DNA from: Lytechinus pictus
Lineage: Eukaryota
DNA: 60,000 bases
Direction of reading: 5' to 3'
NCBI RefSeq assembly: GCF_037042905.1
Contig: NC_087250.1
Location: forward strand, 9,426,001 to 9,486,000
The notes below the pieces were generated by a model, which was given only the letters and a program-made list of their open reading frames with translations, ran no database searches and was not told the origin of the DNA. Shown one piece after another: positions 52,719-60,000 of this stretch (within the stretch, counting starts at the first letter, position 1; every line of letters starts with the position of its first letter). Both the position numbers and the translations under genes were made by a program.

Positions 52719-55700
52719 TTACAAAGAGTTACGATCGAATCAATAAACCACAACTATGGAAACTATGGAAAGCCAGCAATGTCAACATCTTGAATGCATT
52801 TCTGTTCAACATATTTTCTAGATATGATATATTCATACATTCACTGTTTTCTTGACAATTCAGTGTGCTTCTCTTTGTTTTCAAAGGACATTGCATAAAT
52901 TTCCTAAAGAAGAAATTATAACATAAATGGGTTTCCATACTTCAAGTTGATCGGATCAATCATACCTCTTTGTAAGATGGGGCCCAGATGCTGTCTCTTC
53001 ATATAAACTTCTATCTTGAGGTTTCAACTTCACGCACGCCCTTAAAAATCTTAAATAGAACACATCTCTATATTTCAGCACGGAAAGGACAATTGAAAAA
53101 GGCCCCAAAATACCCAAGGTTAATTGATCTCAATTGGGAGATACAATATTCACATTTGAACTAATTTTAATAAAGAAAGGGCAAAATATCAAACTATAAC
53201 ACAGAGGAATCACAGACTTAAGTTTTTTTTCAAATCCTCTCTCATGTTTAAATGCAGGACATTTCTCAACTATCTTCATATTTTCCCTCACGTCAACCCC
53301 CTCCGCCGTTTTGCTAGATTTTCCTTTATAAACACTGCTGCCCTTCATCCTAACTTTCATCAAAGAAGTCATGTAGGTCATTCATCAATCAAAATTTGAC
53401 CAACGCCAATACCAAGAAAAAAAGAGATGATATGCAGTAATAATGAATATTAGAGTATTAAAAACTATTAAAAACAATGTTAAATTAATAGGAGAGTACA
53501 AGTGCAGTAAAACTTTTGAAATTAAGATAACAGAATGACTGGCAACTTATCAAATTGATTACGGTAGATTACTGAATGAATTTCAATCAAGAATTTTCTT
53601 TTGATAGTGATTTACCAACCAAAACCTTTGGTATTTCCTCACTAGAATTATCGTGCCTTAAAGATTAAAAACCCCTATTTTAAATGGTTTTATTATTGTA
53701 CATAAACGAGTATACATTTATTTATTCAATTATAACAAAATGTATATTTTGTACACATACACATATATCTGAGAACAGTGTACAAGCATCATACATTGTA
53801 ACTCTAAAACAAAGAGTACACAAAAATTGACCCATGCAACATGTACAGTATTTACACACGTACGCAGCGTGCATTTTGTTTTATCACCCATGCAAACAGC
53901 CAGAGCCTACTCATTACCACTATTTTTCTGTTTGCTTTTGTATGATTAATGAACAAAAAAATAAATCAACTCAAATTGAAATCAAATATGGACAATTTCA
54001 AGCTTAAAGATGGAAAAAGAAAAGACCATTTTCAACACGACACAAAGAAACAATACCAAAACACAAATAAACACAAGAGGGCACTGATATGTATTGAATT
54101 TTAGTATGGAGAGACATTTTACATGATATTCCCCTCTGAAAAAAATCTGAAAAGTAGCCATGGGGGGCTACATGTAGGTTCCCGCTGAAGTCCGAGACGC
54201 CCCGGTTGGGGTTACAAGCTCTTTCATAGTAAGAAATCGACAGTGATTTTTCAAGGTGAGTCTGCATGATAGCTTTAGCATCTGACTTTTAAAAAGCTGT
54301 AAAAATGTTCTTGGGCAAGGGATTTCACGTAAAAAAATAATAAAAATGAATTTTTAAAAATGTGAAGAAAAAAAATATTTAAAAAATCAGAATTCTGATT
54401 TTAGTCAGGAGAGTATCATTGGAATGATAAAGAAAGGGCAAAATAAGACTACTGTTAGAACAGGGGAAACATTCTGTTTTTTCAGATCCTCAGAATGATA
54501 TCATAATGCAGAAAACTAATCATTTATCATTTGATTCCTAGTCATTTTGAAACAGATAAACTTTTTAAATGTATTTCAATATAATGCATCTTTCTTATAA
54601 AATCCCTTTTTTCAAACCATGAAAACATAATACCTGGTGTGTGTTTCATTAAGCTGTTGGTAAATTCAGAGCGACTTTAAGAACTCCTGGTAATCCTTTC
54701 TTGTGGTAAATAGTATATTGAATTGGCGATGGTTTAGCGCATAAGAAAGGTTCACCAGTCGTTCTTAAAGTCACCCTTAAGTTACAAACAGCTTTATGAA
54801 ACGGCTCCCTGGTGGGTGTTTCATAAACCTGTTTTTGTATTAAGTTAAAGAGCGACTTTAAGAACGACTGGTGAACCTTTCTTAAGTGCTATTTATAATT
54901 ACATTTTAAAAGGTGAATATCTTTTACCACAAGATTAAAGGATCACCAGTCGTTCTTAAAGTCACTTTAACTTACACTTACGAGCAGCTTTATGAAATGG
55001 CACCCTGGGTGGTGTTTTATATAGCTGTTTGTAAAGCTACGTACAACTTATGGCACAACTGGAATGCATTCTTTGGTGCTATTGTCAGTTTATTACATAA
55101 TTATTATGTAGGGCTATTTGCAAAAGAAATGGTCACTAGACATTTGCAAAATCATTTCCAACGGTACAAAAAGCTTTATGAAATACCCATCAGTACTTGT
55201 GGCCTAAAATACACTAGTCAAGATTAATTGCCTGCTAGCCATTGCATAGCCATTTATACAATGCGCAACCAAGCTTTTATGTCATTCGTTTTCCAATTTC
55301 CCCTACATTATGAAAAAAAAGAGGAAGAATGTACATGTATTGAAACAGAAAACAAAAACACTACACATTAAACACAAACAAGGCTGGCACATAAAAAATG
55401 GAACCACATACAATGAACATGTAAACACAGAGCATTTAATAATAATATCTAATAACAATATGTTTTTATAGCACTTATCACAAAACATGTCTCTCAGTGC
55501 ATATTTCACTAACAGCCCACCTTTAAAAGAAGCTGTGACACGATTTAGACCATGTAGGCTATATGTAACAACAATTTGTGTGTGTGCTCACTTGTGTGTA
55601 AATAGATGTATGTTGATAATTTCCTTCATTGCCGATACAGTATGTTTCAAGTTTATGAACAAGATAAAAATAAAGTCAATATTTATGCTTTGGGGGTACA

Positions 55701-57484
55701 ACGTTTAATAATCGTCAAACCATTTATATTTGAGGGTTTTATTCTCTTTTCAATAAATGGTTCTAACTTCCCACTTCCCTAGTAATGAGAGGTACATGTA
55801 TAATCAAAATTTGATGAGTTCTACAGGGTATACATATTTACAGATGAAGAAAATGCATCAAACAAACACCACACACATACTAAACGCAGCTACATTTTGT
55901 AACCACATTACAACACAGTGTGTATTCATGCAGAGTTTGGCTATCAAACACTTCATGAATATGTATTAACACTGAAAGTTCATGAATAATGTATAATGTG
56001 GGCACAGCAGACAATAACCACAAAAACATTTACTGTACATGTTGACAGCAAATAAACTGCATAGAAGCTCATTTTAATTCTAATATATTTTTAATAGCTT
56101 ACAAGGCAAAAACAACTTATCTGCCTCAAAGTAAACAAAGTTAAAAAACATGCACTTTTTTCCACATCCCCCTACTAAATCATAGACAGAATTTATCTAC
56201 ATAACTTCCTCATTACATGGCAGTGCTAAATCCTGTTTCCTACTAATCCACCGCAAATGTTAAAACTAAAAGATCATGCACTTTTTCCAAGTATCCCTTC
56301 TAGGTAATAGACAGCATTTGAGTCCAGAGTGCATAGCTTCATCCTTTCAGTACATGGCAGTGCAAAACCTGTCTACTATCTTACTCACTGATTTGGATCT
56401 GTTCATGTACCTGGGGTGGCATTGGCCAGTTTGAGTTGGCGGGGGCTCAACCTGAATAATTACAATGCGTCTCTATGTAATGACACTATATTGGGGATAC
56501 AGGCTGATTATGAATATGCATGACATCAAACATGAATATGCATGAAGGTAAACCTGAAGAAAAACATCCTACATATTTCTACCTACATTGGACAAATGAA
56601 TCTGCATAATATGCATGACATTATCATGTGTGTCACTTTTGATGGGGTAAACCGTTAAGATAATCTATTGGGGTTGGGGGTTTCTAATCAACGATAAAAT
56701 GAATATTCATGACATTGTAATGTACATGCATGTAACTTTTGATGCCAAGGGTAAACCTGAAAAAAGGGTGTGTTCACACGAAGTACATTTAGAACAGTAT
56801 GCAATCCACAAAATTATATAACAATGAATGAATGAACCCTGATGCCTTTGAATTGCGAGGAATGGGGGGGGGGTTGGGGGTGTCACCCAGAAGCACATTG
56901 TGGCCTCAGGGTTGTCATTTACTAGTGGCACAGCTTGAATTAAAAAAAAATATTTGAAATGCAAGAGCAGTTTTAACATAACAGAAAACAAAAGTAAACA
57001 AATAAAAAAGAAATCAAGAAATCTATGGAATATGAGGCTAAAAAAATATTTTGTGACTATAAATGTCAAATCAACCACTCAGTACAAGTACATGTAAATC
57101 CAAAGCTTCAAACATCTGACACAAGAAAATCATATAAAAAAAAAAACTAAAAAAAAAAGAAAACACAAGTTGGACAAGTTTAAAAAGCAAAGTTACATTT
57201 CAATACAACATCAATTCACAAGTACTTTTCAGACTCACATGATTGTATTCAGATTGTGAGAATCCCTACCAAGGAAAGAATTTGCTGAATACATGTAAAA
57301 GTCCATTTTCGAAATGACAAACAATTGATATTAAAGAGGCAAGCTGTGGATAAGATACTTTACTTTTAGCAAGTTTTAATGCTTTTACGAGTTTAAACTA
57401 GTCTCACTTTATTAAAGTTTGAAAAATACACCCCCCCCCCCAAGAAAAAAGAAGATAATTGCCTGAAGGCTCCCAAAGAAATTC

Positions 57485-57742
57485 ACATAAACTCATGCTG
57501 TTAACTTTCCAAAACCTTTAATATTAAAGTAAAAAATAAATAAAAGTAGTTTTATAGAAATAAGCTCCATAATTGCTTTACAATTTGCAGGTTGCAGCTA
57601 TGACACTATTTTTGCTTTTTTTGTAACATAAACTCATGCTGTTAACTTTCCAAAACCTTTAATATTAAAGTTTAAAAAAAATTAAAAGTAGTTTTATAGA
57701 AAAAAGCTCCATAATTGCTTTTCAATTTGCAGGTTGCAGCTA
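57485..57742. repeat. ~141-bp tandem duplication
   Basis: cataaactcatgctgttaactttccaaaacc at 57486 and 57627. Confidence 0.85.
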
Positions 57743-59092
57743 CGAAATTTTTTTTTAGTTTCATCCCCTCCACCAAGAAAAAAAGTAATGCCTGAGAAAT
57801 GCTAGCATCCCTTAATTTCCTTCCATTTTTAGGCAGTTAGCGATGGGTTTTTTATGAGAAAGAAAAATGCAAGCTTTGAATAAAACTTCACCAAAGTTTT
57901 GAATATCTAGTTTTAAGACTGAGAAATTAGCTTTTAAAGTTGCGTGTGCAGCAGAAGACCCACCTTATGAACTTTAGCACACTCGCACCAATGGTAAACT
58001 ACATGAAATTCCTACACTTACATGTACAGAAAAACTACAAAAATAATACAAATAGACTACACACAGACAGTAGGCCTTCATGTATGTATCTACATGTGAC
58101 AGCTTGTTCATACATCCCTAAAACTGTACAATGTACATGCTGAGTTCACATCAAACATCCAAGAGGAAAGGAATTCCTTGCATCTCAAGGAAAAGTTTTC
58201 TCCGATCTTGTGATCTGAATGGTCAGAGAAAACTCTCACCCCTCGCCCGTCTTGGTTAAGGGGTTCAGTGACAAATCATAGGGAGAGAGCGCGACCATGG
58301 GTGCACGATTGATAGGGCGCAGCTGTTTTCACTGAATGTGTGCATGATTTCTGAAATTGGGACTGGCTTGCCTGCCTTTCACACACAGCCATCTTATATA
58401 TATCATCCCTTACAGAAAATTTGCATAAATTAAGGCTCTGAATCTGCGTTTACGCCAAAGAGACTGGGGAGTTTTTCACTCCACAATGCACAACGGATTA
58501 AAAAACATAGCAAATGTATTGTCGAATGCCCTTCAGGTCAAGGCACAACCAAGAAGTCTGTTTGAAACTGGTGAAACGAAGCTGCAGTTACGTCCTGGGG
58601 AGCGTTTCATCAACATTTTTGTCCGACAAGTTGTCAGATCTGACATCTTTCCTTGATTCTGATTGGCTGAGAAGCACTGTTACTATGGTAACTGTCGGAT
58701 AAAACAGGACTTGTCGGATAAAACGTCCGACAAGTCCTTTCATGAAACGCCCCACAGGTCCCCAGACATAACGACATATTTGCAGTTGTTTGTCATCTCC
58801 AAAACTTGGGACGAAGCTGCTGTTTCGGTTCACCAATTTTCAACAAAGACCTCCCAGCTGTTCATTGTCAATTGACAGATATTTTCAATACATTTTATAC
58901 TGTGTTCTTGAATCCGTTGCAGTTGGAAAAACCTCCCTTCTGATGTGAAAGGTCAGAGAATGTTCCTTCCCCTTGGAGAATAGTCTGAACCCAGAGACAC
59001 TGTACATATGTAGAATGCAAACAAACAAACATGATTGGCATGGTATTTACGACCTGCTACAGTTTACAGCCAAGAGTAGGAGGTATTCTTAC

Positions 59093-59122
59093 CTGTGTGC
59101 TATTGCTATTGGTAACTTCCTG
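59093..59122 (-). CDS. Candidate 30-nt (or 27-nt) micro-exon QEVTNSNSTQ, probably in the SNX low-complexity region
   Basis: Pyrimidine tract then TAG/CAG tandem acceptor, strong CAG|gtaaga donor; if read in phase 0 it joins in frame to exon 51942-52054. No protein motif supports it. Confidence 0.5.
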
Positions 59123-59677
59123 CTATCGTTGGCCAAGTGGACAAAAAAGGTACAAAACAGTAACAGAACATATTTATTCTACGTCACTTTGAATCATCGA
59201 GGGAAAATGCGAGCACGAAACTGATACCATGAAGTCAAGGGTCAACAACAGGGGGCTCTACAAATCCGTAGTAATTTTGCATGGGCAACTGACCCCCATC
59301 ATTTTTTTTCTAAGTAGTGTAAGGACGACACTAAAGGGCTCAGATATGAAACTGCATGTACCTGAGGTGACAGGATATTTGCTCCTGTAATAATATCTCA
59401 GAGGGCATATGGTTAGAGTAAGGATTATAAAGCTTTAGGTTCTGAACTTTAGAATAATGATAAAGGGTTTATTTTAGTTATGGAGGTAAAAGGTTTTATA
59501 CGCCGCTTAACGTGCAAATTTTCCATTGAAGTACAGTAATTGTCGCTGGAGCAAATTTCATGAAACCATACCTGAACATGCTATATCATATTTCATTAAT
59601 GGAAAAACTTAGATTCCCAATTATACACGAATGTATGTAGATGGGGCAGCAAGGATCTGGATGGTAGGAGCCGCATG

Positions 59678-59990
59678 CAGGGTTCCCACAGAAATTAGAA
59701 AACAGAATTCCATGACTTTTCCATGAATAAATTGCTGCTTTCCATATTTCCTGTGACGTCCCAGGAGTAGAAATATATGTAGAATTTGGGGAGTCACAAA
59801 ACTGGGAAAAATTGAAATCAAGAACACCAATTATAGTAGCAGAGTATGAGAGTTGCGAGACGTGGCAAACTGGAAAGCTGCCATAGCCAAGAGGTAAATG
59901 CAAATCCATGACTTTTCACAAATTTTCCAAATTCCCTGACTTTCCATGACCACATTTTTTCCAGGATTTTCCAAGACTGTGGGAACCCTG
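59678..59990. mobile_element. CAG-ended MITE with 6-bp TSD CGCATG
   Basis: cagggttcccacag / ctgtgggaaccctg; internal TTCCATGAC repeats. Confidence 0.8.
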
Positions 59991-60000
59991 CGCATGTTCA

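Noticed and set aside
53130..53381. Possible additional SNX exon (ORF with a GTGAGG donor-like site)
   Set aside because: No convincing acceptor and no family similarity.

Overview
AT-rich, intron- and repeat-rich animal genomic DNA; the repeat landscape (TU-like foldback element, tRNA-derived SINEs, many TTAA-flanked MITEs) suggests an echinoderm, probably a sea urchin (inference only). Two genes were assembled by hand. (1) A minus-strand sorting nexin of the SNX9/18/33 (SH3-PX-BAR) family: 11 coding exons from 52054 down to the stop at 22335, all GT-AG and phase-consistent, 1296 nt/431 aa, covering the LC-region end, PX and BAR domains. The SH3 exons must lie beyond the window end, and there is a candidate 30-nt micro-exon at 59093-59122. 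(2) A convergent plus-strand two-exon gene (10451-10541 + 12799-13115) encoding a 135-aa signal-peptide + single-TM protein with no family I recognise; the ORF track misses its first exon. Most notable structures: three different SNX exons each have their 3' end plus splice donor tandemly re-duplicated into the following intron (one amplified into an 8-copy ~180-bp satellite); a 2.3-kb foldback element with inverted 15-bp repeat arrays and an 8-bp TSD; a 790-bp near-perfect palindromic MITE nested in a TTAA-transposon cluster; and four CAG-ended MITEs with 6-bp TSDs. Almost all other ORFs in the track are repeat/microsatellite noise.
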